From: an uncultured Pseudomonadota bacterium | Lineage (GTDB): Bacteria > Pseudomonadota > Alphaproteobacteria > UBA3830 | Length of the DNA: 44,986 nucleotides | NCBI GenBank assembly: GCA_902790255.1 | Contig: CADARG010000001.1 | Coordinates: forward strand, 1-44,986 | Direction: 5' to 3' | Part shown: positions 27,320-36,370 of the stretch, piece after piece | Layout: every line of letters begins with the position of its first letter | Position numbering within the stretch: the stretch's first letter is position 1 | Notes under the pieces: generated by a model | What the model was told of the DNA's origin: nothing | Database searches by the model: none | The model's input: only the letters and a program-made list of their open reading frames with translations | Program-made: the position numbers and the translations under genes

Positions 27320-28355
27320 TCCAAACGAAAAAAGAGTTGCGATTACACCAGAAGTTGTTGCGAAATATGTGAAGTTGGGTTTCGAAGTAGAGTTACCAAA
27401 AGGAGTAGGGGAGTCAGCAGGGTTTTCTGATTCAGAGTATGAATCTGCTGGAGCGGTTATTGCCGATGGCGAAATTAATAATGTGAATTTATATTTATGT
27501 GTTAAGCCAGTCCTTTCGGAAGATATGAAATTGAATAAAGGGAGCTATTTAGTTGCGATGCTATCTCCTTTTCAAAACGCAGAAATTTTGAAAAAATTGC
27601 ATTTAAAGGGGATTAATCCGTGTGCGTTGGAGAAGATTCCAAGAATTACTCGTGCGCAGTCGATGGATATACTTTCATCTCAAGCAAATATCGCAGGGTA
27701 TCGCGCCGTTATCGAAGCGATATCCGAGTATTGTCGAGTCATTCCATTGATGATGACTGCAGCGGGAACAATTCGTCCGGCGAAAGTACTCATTATAGGT
27801 GCTGGAGTTGCAGGGCTTCAGGCTATCGCAACAGCAAAACGTATGGGAGCGAGAGTTCGAGCCTTTGATGTTAGAAGAGCGGCAAAAGAGCAAGTGGAAA
27901 GCCTTGGAGCGACTTTTGTTGATGTCGATTCCGAGGAAAATGGGGAAACCATTGGAGGATACGCTCGTGAAATGTCCGAAGATTACAAAAAGAAGCAAGC
28001 AGAAAAATTAGCTGAAGCTTTAAAGACATCGGATATTGTAATTTCTACAGCTCAGATTCAAGGGAAACCTGCGCCGAGATTGATTACGAAGGAAATGGTC
28101 AACAGCATGATGCCTGGATCGGTAATTGTTGATATGGCGACAGAAACTGGCGGAAATTGTGAGATTTCTAAAAAAAATGAAAAAGTGATCGAAAACGGCG
28201 TAACTATTATTGGATATACAGATATTGCCGCGCGTGTGGCTTATGATTCCAGTCAATTATTTGCCAGAAACGTATTCAACTTTGTGTCTCTCATGTTGAA
28301 AGATGGCCAGCTTGATACATCTGATGAGATAATACAAGCAACTTTAATAAAGTGA
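27297..28355 (+). CDS. pntAA: NAD(P) transhydrogenase alpha subunit part 1 (dI domain, PntAA)
   Basis: RVAITPEVVAKYVKLGFEV, Rossmann loop IIGAGVAGLQAIATAKRMGARV, and a 352-aa soluble form ending before any TM region. Confidence 0.87.
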   Translation: MKLSTIINPNEKRVAITPEVVAKYVKLGFEVELPKGVGESAGFSDSEYESAGAVIADGEINNVNLYLCVKPVLSEDMKLNKGSYLVAMLSPFQNAEILKKLHLKGINPCALEKIPRITRAQSMDILSSQANIAGYRAVIEAISEYCRVIPLMMTAAGTIRPAKVLIIGAGVAGLQAIATAKRMGARVRAFDVRRAAKEQVESLGATFVDVDSEENGETIGGYAREMSEDYKKKQAEKLAEALKTSDIVISTAQIQGKPAPRLITKEMVNSMMPGSVIVDMATETGGNCEISKKNEKVIENGVTIIGYTDIAARVAYDSSQLFARNVFNFVSLMLKDGQLDTSDEIIQATLIK

Positions 28356-28478
28356 GTTTTTGTTGCGGAGATGTAACTAGGCGTTTAATTGTTTTCGAAT
28401 AATTTTTTCATGATCCGTTTAGTTTTGTTTATGAATATGGTAATAAGTTAGAGTCTTTTTCTTGTTTAGGGGGTAAGA

Positions 28479-29963
28479 ATGAAATTTTGTGTCACGACAC
28501 CGATTTATTATATCAATGGAGAGCCGCATATCGGTCACGCTTATGCCAGTACTGCTGCAGATATTTTGGCAAGATTTAAAAGGTTGGACGGGTATAAAGT
28601 TCATTTTTCGACAGGTACAGATGAGCATGGAATCAAGGTAGCTCGTTCTGCAGAAAAAGCACAAATGAAAGTGGAAACGTTTAGCGATGTGATGTCCCAA
28701 AGATTTCGTGATATGGCATCGTTGATGAATATCAGTTATGACGATTTTATTCGTACCACTGAAGAGCGCCATATAAAAGCTAGCCAAAAATTATGGACCA
28801 TGATCGAGAAGGATATATACAAAAGTTCTTATAAAGGTTGGTATGATCCTCGGGATGAAATGTTTGTTAATGACAGTGAAATTGTTAATGGAATTGCTCC
28901 CAGCGGAGGAAAAGTCGAATGGATGGAAGAAGAATCTTATTTTTTCCGACTTTCTGCGTATCAGAATAAATTGTTGGACTATTACGAATCACATCCTAAT
29001 TTCATTTTGCCTTTGAGTCGGCGTAACGAAATTATCAGCTTTGTGAGAAGCGGGCTCAAAGATCTTTGTATTTCTCGTAGTAAATTTAGTTGGGGAGTTC
29101 CCGTTCCGAATACTGAAAATCATGTAATGTATGTTTGGATAGATGCTTTGACTAACTATCTTACATCTCTGGGATTTCCTGACCATATGGAGCAAGCGGA
29201 GTCTTATTTCAGAGAATGTATACATGTTGTGGGAAAGGAGATTTTACGTTTCCATGCTGTGTATTGGCCGGCGTTTTTGATGGCAGCGGGATTACCTTTG
29301 CCGAAGAGAATTTTTGCTCACGGGTGGTGGACTAGTGAAGGGCAAAAGATGTCAAAATCCATTGGAAACGTCGTAAATCCTAGCGAAATCGTAGAAAAGT
29401 ACGGGCTCGATTGTGTTCGATATTTTATGATGAGAGAAGTTCGATTTGGTGAGGACGGGGATTTTTCTGTTGAAGCAATCAAAAAAAGGATTTCTTATGA
29501 TCTCGCCAATGATTTGGGAAATTTGGTACAAAGAGTATTGGCTTTCATCCAAAAATTGGGTGGGCATATGATTACGGATTACAATTTTTCGGATGATGAA
29601 AAGGTTTTATTTGATCATTCCAGAAAATTAATATGTAAATTACGTCCATTGATGGATAATCAGGACTTAAGCAATGCCTTGTCGACAATTTGGGAGTTAA
29701 TTGCGGAATCCAATAAATTTGTTAATGATCAAAAGCCATGGGAATTAGCAAAACAAAATGATCCGAAGTTATATAGAGTGTTAACTGCGCTGTGTGAGGC
29801 AATTAGGTCGATTGCGTTTGGACTTGCCCCTTTCATGCCAGATACCGCTCGTAAAATTTTTGATTTTATTAATGTCAAAGGGAATTCTTTTGCTGAAATT
29901 GAGGATAAGTTTTTATCCCAGCGTTTCCCTAAGCCATTTCCCCTTTTCATGAAAAGTGAGTGA
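28479..29963 (+). CDS. metG: Methionine--tRNA ligase (short form, no C-terminal tRNA-binding domain)
   Basis: The HIGH region reads PHIGHAY and the KMSKS motif is present as KMSKSIGN. TTPIYYINGEPH N-terminus. Confidence 0.95.
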   Translation: MKFCVTTPIYYINGEPHIGHAYASTAADILARFKRLDGYKVHFSTGTDEHGIKVARSAEKAQMKVETFSDVMSQRFRDMASLMNISYDDFIRTTEERHIKASQKLWTMIEKDIYKSSYKGWYDPRDEMFVNDSEIVNGIAPSGGKVEWMEEESYFFRLSAYQNKLLDYYESHPNFILPLSRRNEIISFVRSGLKDLCISRSKFSWGVPVPNTENHVMYVWIDALTNYLTSLGFPDHMEQAESYFRECIHVVGKEILRFHAVYWPAFLMAAGLPLPKRIFAHGWWTSEGQKMSKSIGNVVNPSEIVEKYGLDCVRYFMMREVRFGEDGDFSVEAIKKRISYDLANDLGNLVQRVLAFIQKLGGHMITDYNFSDDEKVLFDHSRKLICKLRPLMDNQDLSNALSTIWELIAESNKFVNDQKPWELAKQNDPKLYRVLTALCEAIRSIAFGLAPFMPDTARKIFDFINVKGNSFAEIEDKFLSQRFPKPFPLFMKSE

Positions 29964-29968
29964 CATAA

Positions 29969-30796
29969 GTGGTGTTTGTTGATTCACATTGTCATTTAGA
30001 CTTTTCAGGTTTTGGAACTTTTTTAGAGTCTCGTTTGGCTGGGAGGACCCTGGAATATTATGACATAGATCTTTTGATAAATAGAGCTTCTCAGGTGAAT
30101 GTAAAATATATGCTCAATGTTGGAACGCATCTTTCTGATGTCGAGAGGTATACCAAAATTTCTGAAAAGTTTTCGAACATATTCAGATCTGTTGGAATAC
30201 ATCCAGAATATGCAAGGGAACACTGCGAAAAGTTTTCTTTCGACAAGATGAGAGAAATTTTTCGGAAGTATTGCTGCTTAAACAAGACCGTTGCCATTGG
30301 AGAAATTGGTTTGGATTATCACGTAAATAACGATGTGGATCAACAAAAAGATATCTTTTCTTTTCAATTAGAGTTGGCAGAGGAGTTTAATTTACCGGTG
30401 ATTATTCATTCTCGTGATGCTTGGATGGATACAATGGAAATTTTGGAGAATCATCCGAATGTGACTGGTGTAATTCACTGTTTTTCAGGGGAAAGAGATT
30501 TTGCCGAAAGGGTTCTAAATACTTCATTTTATTTCGGAATAGGAGGAACTTTGACTTTCAAAAAAAATACAGTTTTTCAAGAAACAGTTCGAGATATATT
30601 ACCGTTGGATACAATATTGGTTGAAACGGATTGTCCATTTTTAGCTCCGATTCCGTTCAGAGGGAAACTAAATGAACCTGCGTTTGTGGTTAATGTTGCG
30701 GAAAAAATTTCAGAGTTGAAAGATATTTCTGTTACTCAAATTGCGGATCAAACCAGTAAAAATTTTTTCAAGTTGTTTAAGAAAGCAAAATTTTAG
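29969..30796 (+). CDS. tatD: TatD family metal-dependent hydrolase/DNase
   Basis: VDSHCHLDF, GEIGLDY, IIHSRDA and ETDCPFLAP. GTG start. Conserved metG-tatD adjacency. Confidence 0.9.
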   Translation: MVFVDSHCHLDFSGFGTFLESRLAGRTLEYYDIDLLINRASQVNVKYMLNVGTHLSDVERYTKISEKFSNIFRSVGIHPEYAREHCEKFSFDKMREIFRKYCCLNKTVAIGEIGLDYHVNNDVDQQKDIFSFQLELAEEFNLPVIIHSRDAWMDTMEILENHPNVTGVIHCFSGERDFAERVLNTSFYFGIGGTLTFKKNTVFQETVRDILPLDTILVETDCPFLAPIPFRGKLNEPAFVVNVAEKISELKDISVTQIADQTSKNFFKLFKKAKF

Positions 30797-30823
30797 TACA
30801 ATCTTTAGCGAAAGGAATGAGAT

Positions 30824-32104
30824 ATGAGTAAAAAGCATATATTTTTGCTAGGATTTTGTATTTTGTTTTTTGCATATCAATATGGTTTGCGATCGGCTAT
30901 TCCGAATGTGTTGAACGAGGATTTGCAAAATTATTTTGAAGCTAATACATCGCAAATCGGATTTTTGATTAGTTTATCTTGTCTAGCGTATACAGTGATG
31001 CAAATTCCTGTCGGTATTATCATGGACAGAGCGAACGCCAAAAATATCTCCGCTCTCTCTTTCGCTCTTTTTTCTTCGGGGCTGATTTGTTTTGTCATCT
31101 CGCCTGATCTTATCTGTGCGGCTGTGGCTCAGTTATTTCTCGGAATTAGTGCGTCCTTTTCTTTTATTTTGATAATAAAGGTTTCTAATGATTATTTTAG
31201 TCGAGAGAAGGTTGCCATTGTTTCGGGGATAGCCATTTCCGCCGGCAGTTTGGGACCGGTGATTTGTAATCCGCTGCTGGCTCATCTGTCGGGAGTTTTT
31301 TCATGGATAAATGTCGTATTGTTCTTCGGAGTTTTAGGGGTTATTTGTGCGGTAGTCGGATTTTTTGTAATCCAAGGAAAGGATTCGTCGGCAGATTCGA
31401 TTACAGATTCATCGGTAGACTCGTCCGTAGATTTGAATACTGAGGTTGCAACGGAGACGAGTTCTATTTTAGAAGATATAAAGACGATAATTTCAGACCG
31501 TAGATATATTGTGATCGGAATTTTCTCCATGGCGGTTTTGGGCTCGCTTTCTTCTTTTTGTGACGCATGGGGGGTGTCATTTATGACATGTGTTCATGGA
31601 ATATCTCGCGAACAGGCATCGCTTGCCGTGAGTTTTGTATACACGGGAACTATAATAGGAGGACCTCTGTTTGCGTATCTGTCGGGTGTTTTCAATAGTT
31701 TTAAAAAAGTTATGTTGGGTGGAGCTGTTAGTTTTGCGATTCTATTAGGTTTGGTAAGTTTTGTAAAACTTCCGATCACTATGTTGTATGCAATTTTGTT
31801 TGTTATGGGGATTTTTGCCATGTGCCAATTTTTGGCTTTTCCGGCAGCACTGTCTCTGGGAGAGAAAAGGTTGGGAGCGACCGTAACGAGTATTGTTAAT
31901 ACTCTCACGATGTTGGGATGTACTATTTTAATTTGCGTATTCGGATATGTTCTTGATTGGTCGAAAGGGGCAGAACAACTATACAGTGCGACGGATTATA
32001 GATGTAGCATAATGGTATCTATAATGTCTATATTATTCGCGGTCTTTATATTGTCTTTTATCAAACTTCCGACATATAAAGAAATTTCAGAACAAGAGAA
32101 TTAG
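30824..32104 (+). CDS. Major facilitator superfamily transporter
   Basis: About 12 hydrophobic segments arranged 6+6 around a central hydrophilic loop, with a GIIMDR-type motif after TM2. The substrate is not inferable. Confidence 0.8.
   Translation: MSKKHIFLLGFCILFFAYQYGLRSAIPNVLNEDLQNYFEANTSQIGFLISLSCLAYTVMQIPVGIIMDRANAKNISALSFALFSSGLICFVISPDLICAAVAQLFLGISASFSFILIIKVSNDYFSREKVAIVSGIAISAGSLGPVICNPLLAHLSGVFSWINVVLFFGVLGVICAVVGFFVIQGKDSSADSITDSSVDSSVDLNTEVATETSSILEDIKTIISDRRYIVIGIFSMAVLGSLSSFCDAWGVSFMTCVHGISREQASLAVSFVYTGTIIGGPLFAYLSGVFNSFKKVMLGGAVSFAILLGLVSFVKLPITMLYAILFVMGIFAMCQFLAFPAALSLGEKRLGATVTSIVNTLTMLGCTILICVFGYVLDWSKGAEQLYSATDYRCSIMVSIMSILFAVFILSFIKLPTYKEISEQEN
31382..31441 (+). repeat. 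In-frame 12-nt imperfect tandem repeat (5 units) in the central loop of the MFS gene
   Basis: The units are gattcgtcggca / gattcgattaca / gattcatcggta / gactcgtccgta / gatttgaatact. They encode DSSA-DSIT-DSSV-DSSV-DLNT. Confidence 0.75.
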
Positions 32105-32138
32105 CCTGAGTTTGGAGCGTTAAATCTATCATGCCTTG

Positions 32139-32879
32139 TTATTTTTTCAGAAACTCTTCTGTTAGCTTTTCTTTGTAGGATGTTGAAAATAGTGAACGAA
32201 ATAAATTTCTCTCGATTTTCATACCCTGAATGCATCCTGTATTTTGAGAGAGCTGTATCGCTTCCTTTATGAGACGCAAGCTGGTTGGAGATTTTTTCGC
32301 AATTTTTTTTGCGAGATCTAATGTTTCTTGCTTTACATTTGAGGAAGAGGGCAATACCTTGGAAACAATATTGAGTCGTAAGGCTTCTTTGGCGTCAATA
32401 AATTCTCCGCTCATGATCAATTCGCTTGCCTTTTTTAATCCGACGATCCTTGTGAGGAGTTGGGTACCGCCTAATCCCGGCATAAGTCCGAGGTTTACCT
32501 CAGGAAAACCAAATTTTGCATTTTCGTTTGCTATTATAATGTCAGAAGCGAGAGCCAGCTCGAATCCTCCACCAAGAGCGTATTTCTCCACACACGAAAC
32601 TACGGGAATTTTTACATTTAAGATACGTTCCCATTTGTGGTCGATAAATTCATTCAATAAAGCTTGTTCAAATGATAAAGCCTCTATTTCGTTGATATCA
32701 ACTCCTGCGGCAAAAGCTTTTTCTGTGCCGAATATTACTAAAACGTTTGCTTTTCTCTCAATATTGGAAAGACAATCATATACTTCTCCAATGAAATTTG
32801 TGTTTAATATATTTAATTTTTTTGGATTATTTAGCGTTAAAATTGCAATAGAATCATTTATTTCAAAGTCAACTGACAT
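32139..32879 (-). CDS. Enoyl-CoA hydratase/isomerase (crotonase) family protein
   Basis: AFAAGVDINE and ALGGGFELALASD oxyanion-hole motifs. 246 aa. Confidence 0.85.
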   Translation of the reverse strand: MSVDFEINDSIAILTLNNPKKLNILNTNFIGEVYDCLSNIERKANVLVIFGTEKAFAAGVDINEIEALSFEQALLNEFIDHKWERILNVKIPVVSCVEKYALGGGFELALASDIIIANENAKFGFPEVNLGLMPGLGGTQLLTRIVGLKKASELIMSGEFIDAKEALRLNIVSKVLPSSSNVKQETLDLAKKIAKKSPTSLRLIKEAIQLSQNTGCIQGMKIERNLFRSLFSTSYKEKLTEEFLKK

Positions 32880-33010
32880 CGCATTTCCCTCATAATACAG
32901 TGTTATTATAAAGTTTATAAAAAAAAATTCAAATTATAAAAAGTTTCAATCTGAAATTAACTTTATTTTTACGTAAACCGTTTATTCTAATGACAGTAAG
33001 GAGTTGAAAC

Positions 33011-33574
33011 TTGTTTATTTGGTTTTGTTTTGCCGTGGTTTTAATAGTTGTTGCGTTGAACGATTTTATGTTTTTCAGAATCGAAAACGAGTATGTATTG
33101 TTTTTATTCCTTTTGTACGCAATATCGTACGTTTTCGGTGTTTCCGGACAAAATTTTGCAGAAGCGTTCAGGATTGCTTGTATTACTTTTGCGATTTGTT
33201 TTGTTCTGAATCAATTTAATCTTATTGGTGGAGGCGATGTAAAATTTCTGGTACCGCTCATGTTTTTTGCAGAGAACAATATATTCGAGTTTATCTGGGG
33301 GACGGCTATAGGAGGATTAGTGCTCGCTTTGATTTATATATTCTGTGGAAAGAAAGTCGCAATGTTTAGAAAAAAGCTGTTTATCATATTTTCGGCGATG
33401 AGGAAGAAAAAATTTCGATTTTTAAGATTTGTTTTACTTTCTTTCTATAAGATAAAAACAAAGTCGGTAGAGTTTGAGATTAACGATACTGATGTGTTAA
33501 AGCAGGAAGTGCCTTATGGTGTAGCATTATCTTGCGGAGGTTTTTTTGTGATTTTTGATGTGATGTTTAGGTGA
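33011..33574 (+). CDS. cpaA: Type IV prepilin peptidase, CpaA/TadV type (peptidase A24)
   Basis: Polytopic membrane protein with the two Asp motifs (ALNDFMFFRIEN and GGGDVKFLVP). It is the first gene of the Tad/Cpa block. Confidence 0.75.
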   Translation: MFIWFCFAVVLIVVALNDFMFFRIENEYVLFLFLLYAISYVFGVSGQNFAEAFRIACITFAICFVLNQFNLIGGGDVKFLVPLMFFAENNIFEFIWGTAIGGLVLALIYIFCGKKVAMFRKKLFIIFSAMRKKKFRFLRFVLLSFYKIKTKSVEFEINDTDVLKQEVPYGVALSCGGFFVIFDVMFR

Positions 33575-33578
33575 TGAT

Positions 33579-34889
33579 ATGGGTAATAAAAAAGATATAG
33601 TTCCTATTGTTATAGCATCGGCGGTAGCCCTGGTAATTACGGGGATAGTCCGATGGATGATTCCTGGAGGCACAGTCATAAAACAGCAGCCTCTTAAGAA
33701 AGAATTGTCATTGCCGGATATACCTTTAATGATTAAATCTGAGCAAAGAAAGATAAAAGAAGTACAAGTATTGGTTACGAGTGGTGAGATTAAAAAGGAT
33801 GAAAGAATTTTACAATCCAAATTGAGCTGGAAATCTTGGCCATCCAATGCTATTCAGCCTTATTTCATTGCTCAGGATAGTAAAGGAAATCCATTGAATG
33901 ACAAAGAGGATTACGCTAATGCACTGAATATGTGGGCAAAAAATGAAATACCTGCAGGAATTCCTTTAACTTTGAGTATGTTAACAAGCATTGATCCGGC
34001 GGAGGTTGCAAGAAAAAAGAAAGAAGCTGAAGAAGCAGAGAAGGCGAAAAAGCTTAGCCTTGAGAAAAAGAAGCAGGAGATGGACACTGGTATTAAAGCT
34101 GGTCACAGAGCTGTCACTTTCCAAGTTGATCAAAGAACGCCGATTTCTAAGAGCATGATTGCTCCAGGAGATTACGTGGATATCATAATAAATTCGTTTG
34201 AAGGAAGTAAACAGAAGACCCATGTTTATAAAGCTTTAAAAATTCTTGCAATAGATGGGGTTACGAGACAACAAATTGTTGGAAAAGATGGTAACGACGG
34301 AGGACTATTCGGTAGTGGAATCGGATTAGGAGTTTTGTCAACTCCTCGAAATGTAGCCCTGGAAGTCAAAGAATCTTTGGTTAATGTTATGTTAAAACAA
34401 GCGGGTAGCAACGGTATTACAATTATTGTTAGAAGTAAAGATGAAAAGATCGAGGAAGATTCAGGTGAAGAAGACTTAGGAGAAGAAGCAAATGCTTCTT
34501 TAACAGATAATGACAGCAACTTACTTAAAGGTATCATAGAAATGAGTAGGACCTCATCAGCTGAAATGCTAAAAGAATCTGTGAAAAAGCGTCAAGAGGA
34601 AGAAAAAAATATATCTGCTCTTTTGCATAACATGAGTAATTTTAGTGTTCAGACACCGCGAAAAGCAAAAGAAGAGGTTTCTTCTTCGTCAGAGGATTCC
34701 AGTAAATACGAAGTTGTGTCAGGCCGTATTGTTTCAGAATTTGATAAGAAAAATGAGAAGGAAAAAGATGAACCGGTGAAGATATACCGAAAATTAACCC
34801 CTGATGAAGTACAATTTTACAAGGATGGTAAGAAAGTTAGTAGAGGCTCGAGCGTAGCAACGAGTAGTTATGAGAGTAGTATAAGATAG
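33579..34889 (+). CDS. cpaB: Flp pilus assembly protein CpaB/RcpC, unusually long (436 aa)
   Basis: N-terminal TM, SAF-like segment (VLVTSGEIKKDERILQSKL), and RcpC-like segment (GHRAVTFQVDQRTPISKSMIAPGDYVDIII). Extra K/E coiled-coil insert and an acidic/Ser-rich C-terminal tail. Confidence 0.72.
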   Translation: MGNKKDIVPIVIASAVALVITGIVRWMIPGGTVIKQQPLKKELSLPDIPLMIKSEQRKIKEVQVLVTSGEIKKDERILQSKLSWKSWPSNAIQPYFIAQDSKGNPLNDKEDYANALNMWAKNEIPAGIPLTLSMLTSIDPAEVARKKKEAEEAEKAKKLSLEKKKQEMDTGIKAGHRAVTFQVDQRTPISKSMIAPGDYVDIIINSFEGSKQKTHVYKALKILAIDGVTRQQIVGKDGNDGGLFGSGIGLGVLSTPRNVALEVKESLVNVMLKQAGSNGITIIVRSKDEKIEEDSGEEDLGEEANASLTDNDSNLLKGIIEMSRTSSAEMLKESVKKRQEEEKNISALLHNMSNFSVQTPRKAKEEVSSSSEDSSKYEVVSGRIVSEFDKKNEKEKDEPVKIYRKLTPDEVQFYKDGKKVSRGSSVATSSYESSIR

Positions 34890-34915
34890 GAAGATTCGAG
34901 TGAAGGAGAAGTGAT

Positions 34916-36358
34916 ATGAAAAAAAGATTGAGTATTTTGTGTTTCGCCTTTTTAGGACTGGTAAACGTTCCAAGCGTTTTTGCTGATAAGGATACAGGGA
35001 TAATGAAGCCCGATTTTGTCCGTAGCATAAAGAATCAGAAAAAAGAGGAAGCAAAGAATGACGCAATAAGAGCAATCAAAACCGAAAAAGAAATAGAGGT
35101 TGATTCTGTTAATTTGTTGAAATATGAAAGAAAGATTGGAGAAATCTTTATTCCAAATCCAAAAATTGCAGATATTGATATGTTAAGTGATAAATCTTTG
35201 TACCTTAGCGGATTAGCTCCTGGAGTAACACCTTTAGTGGTTCACGATAAGGATGGCAAGGTTCTTGCAGACTACATAATAAAAGTTACCTATCCTCTAA
35301 GGGATATAAAAGAAGCAATTTCCAAAATTTTTCCTGATTTGGAAATAGAGTTGGTCTCAATAGATAATAACTTGATTTTGAAGGGGAATGTTGCCTCTCC
35401 GGAAATGGCTCAAGATGTATTAGATATTGTAGGAAGATTTGTTGATCAGGGTAAAATCATAAACAAGATGACGATAGAAACTGCCACTCAGGTTATGTTA
35501 AAAGTAAAGATCGCCGAGGTTACCAGAAATATAACAAAATCCTTGGGAATTAACTGGAGAACATTGTCGGCATCTGACGGAGGATCTTCTGGATTAATCG
35601 GTATGGCTGCGGGTAACAGTACAAGTAGTCTTCCAGAATTTTCAACTGAAGTAATGAAGGATGTTCTCGATGGCCCTCTTTCCGCTGATGTAGATGGAGG
35701 AAAATGGATTGTTGCAGCAGGTATAAATAATTTATCTGCTTTGATTGATGCTGCCGCTACTGAATCTTTTGCCACAATTTTAGCAGAACCTAACTTAGTA
35801 GCATTGTCTGGAAAAAAAGCAACGTTTAGATCTGGAGGACAGTACGGGTATGAAGTGACTCAAAAAGGTTCTGATAATAAGACTACGGAGTTTAAGGATT
35901 GGGGAACATCTCTTGAGTTCACACCGATAGTTCTTTCGGAAGATAGAATAAACATAGAGGTCAATACAGAGGTCAGTTCTATTGAATCAAAGAAAGATGA
36001 GGACAGTGCCCCTAATCTGGCAACAAAGAAGGTGAATACCGTAGTTGAATTGGGTAGCGGTCAAAGTATAGTGTTAGCTGGTTTGTTACAAAAACAAAAT
36101 AGTACCGGCACTATAGAAACTCCGTTTTTAGCTGATATTCCGTTAATAGGGGCTTTGTTTAGGAGTTCTACGGAAAGCTTGAATGAGCGAGAGTTGGTGA
36201 TTATTGTTACCCCTTATATAGTAAAACCATCTTCTAGGCAACTAAAAGTTCCAACGGATATGGTTCCGAAAATGTTATCTCCTTTGAAATCGATTACCAA
36301 GAGAAGATTTCATCGATTGGGGAAAGAGGCGGACAGTGCAGGATTTTCGTTGAAATAA
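34916..36358 (+). CDS. cpaC: Tad/Cpa pilus secretin CpaC/RcpA
   Basis: Signal peptide, then secretin core LAEPNLVALSGKKATFRSGGQ, GSGQSIVLAGLLQ and PFLADIPLIGALFRS. Confidence 0.88.
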   Translation: MKKRLSILCFAFLGLVNVPSVFADKDTGIMKPDFVRSIKNQKKEEAKNDAIRAIKTEKEIEVDSVNLLKYERKIGEIFIPNPKIADIDMLSDKSLYLSGLAPGVTPLVVHDKDGKVLADYIIKVTYPLRDIKEAISKIFPDLEIELVSIDNNLILKGNVASPEMAQDVLDIVGRFVDQGKIINKMTIETATQVMLKVKIAEVTRNITKSLGINWRTLSASDGGSSGLIGMAAGNSTSSLPEFSTEVMKDVLDGPLSADVDGGKWIVAAGINNLSALIDAAATESFATILAEPNLVALSGKKATFRSGGQYGYEVTQKGSDNKTTEFKDWGTSLEFTPIVLSEDRINIEVNTEVSSIESKKDEDSAPNLATKKVNTVVELGSGQSIVLAGLLQKQNSTGTIETPFLADIPLIGALFRSSTESLNERELVIIVTPYIVKPSSRQLKVPTDMVPKMLSPLKSITKRRFHRLGKEADSAGFSLK

Positions 36359-36370
36359 ATGGAGGTAGTT

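Noticed and set aside
32269-32895. A 208-aa ORF on the plus strand overlapping the enoyl-CoA hydratase gene
   Set aside because: It is an antisense shadow of a well-supported crotonase CDS, and its product is low-complexity with no motif. The same reasoning rejects several other ORFs lying antisense to recognised genes. These are 38674-39219 (opposite cpaF), 22172-22663 and 22285-22479 (opposite the flotillin gene), 7561-8043 (opposite the ABC ATPase), 28419-28787 (opposite metG), 21097-21495, 19749-20090, 33527-33847, 11779-12096 and the many 60-100-aa ORFs in the track.
33004-33219. A 71-aa ORF in another frame at the start of cpaA
   Set aside because: It overlaps the prepilin-peptidase frame, which carries the conserved Asp motifs. 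Its product is Cys/Arg/Phe-rich and looks like a frame artefact, not a Flp pilin.
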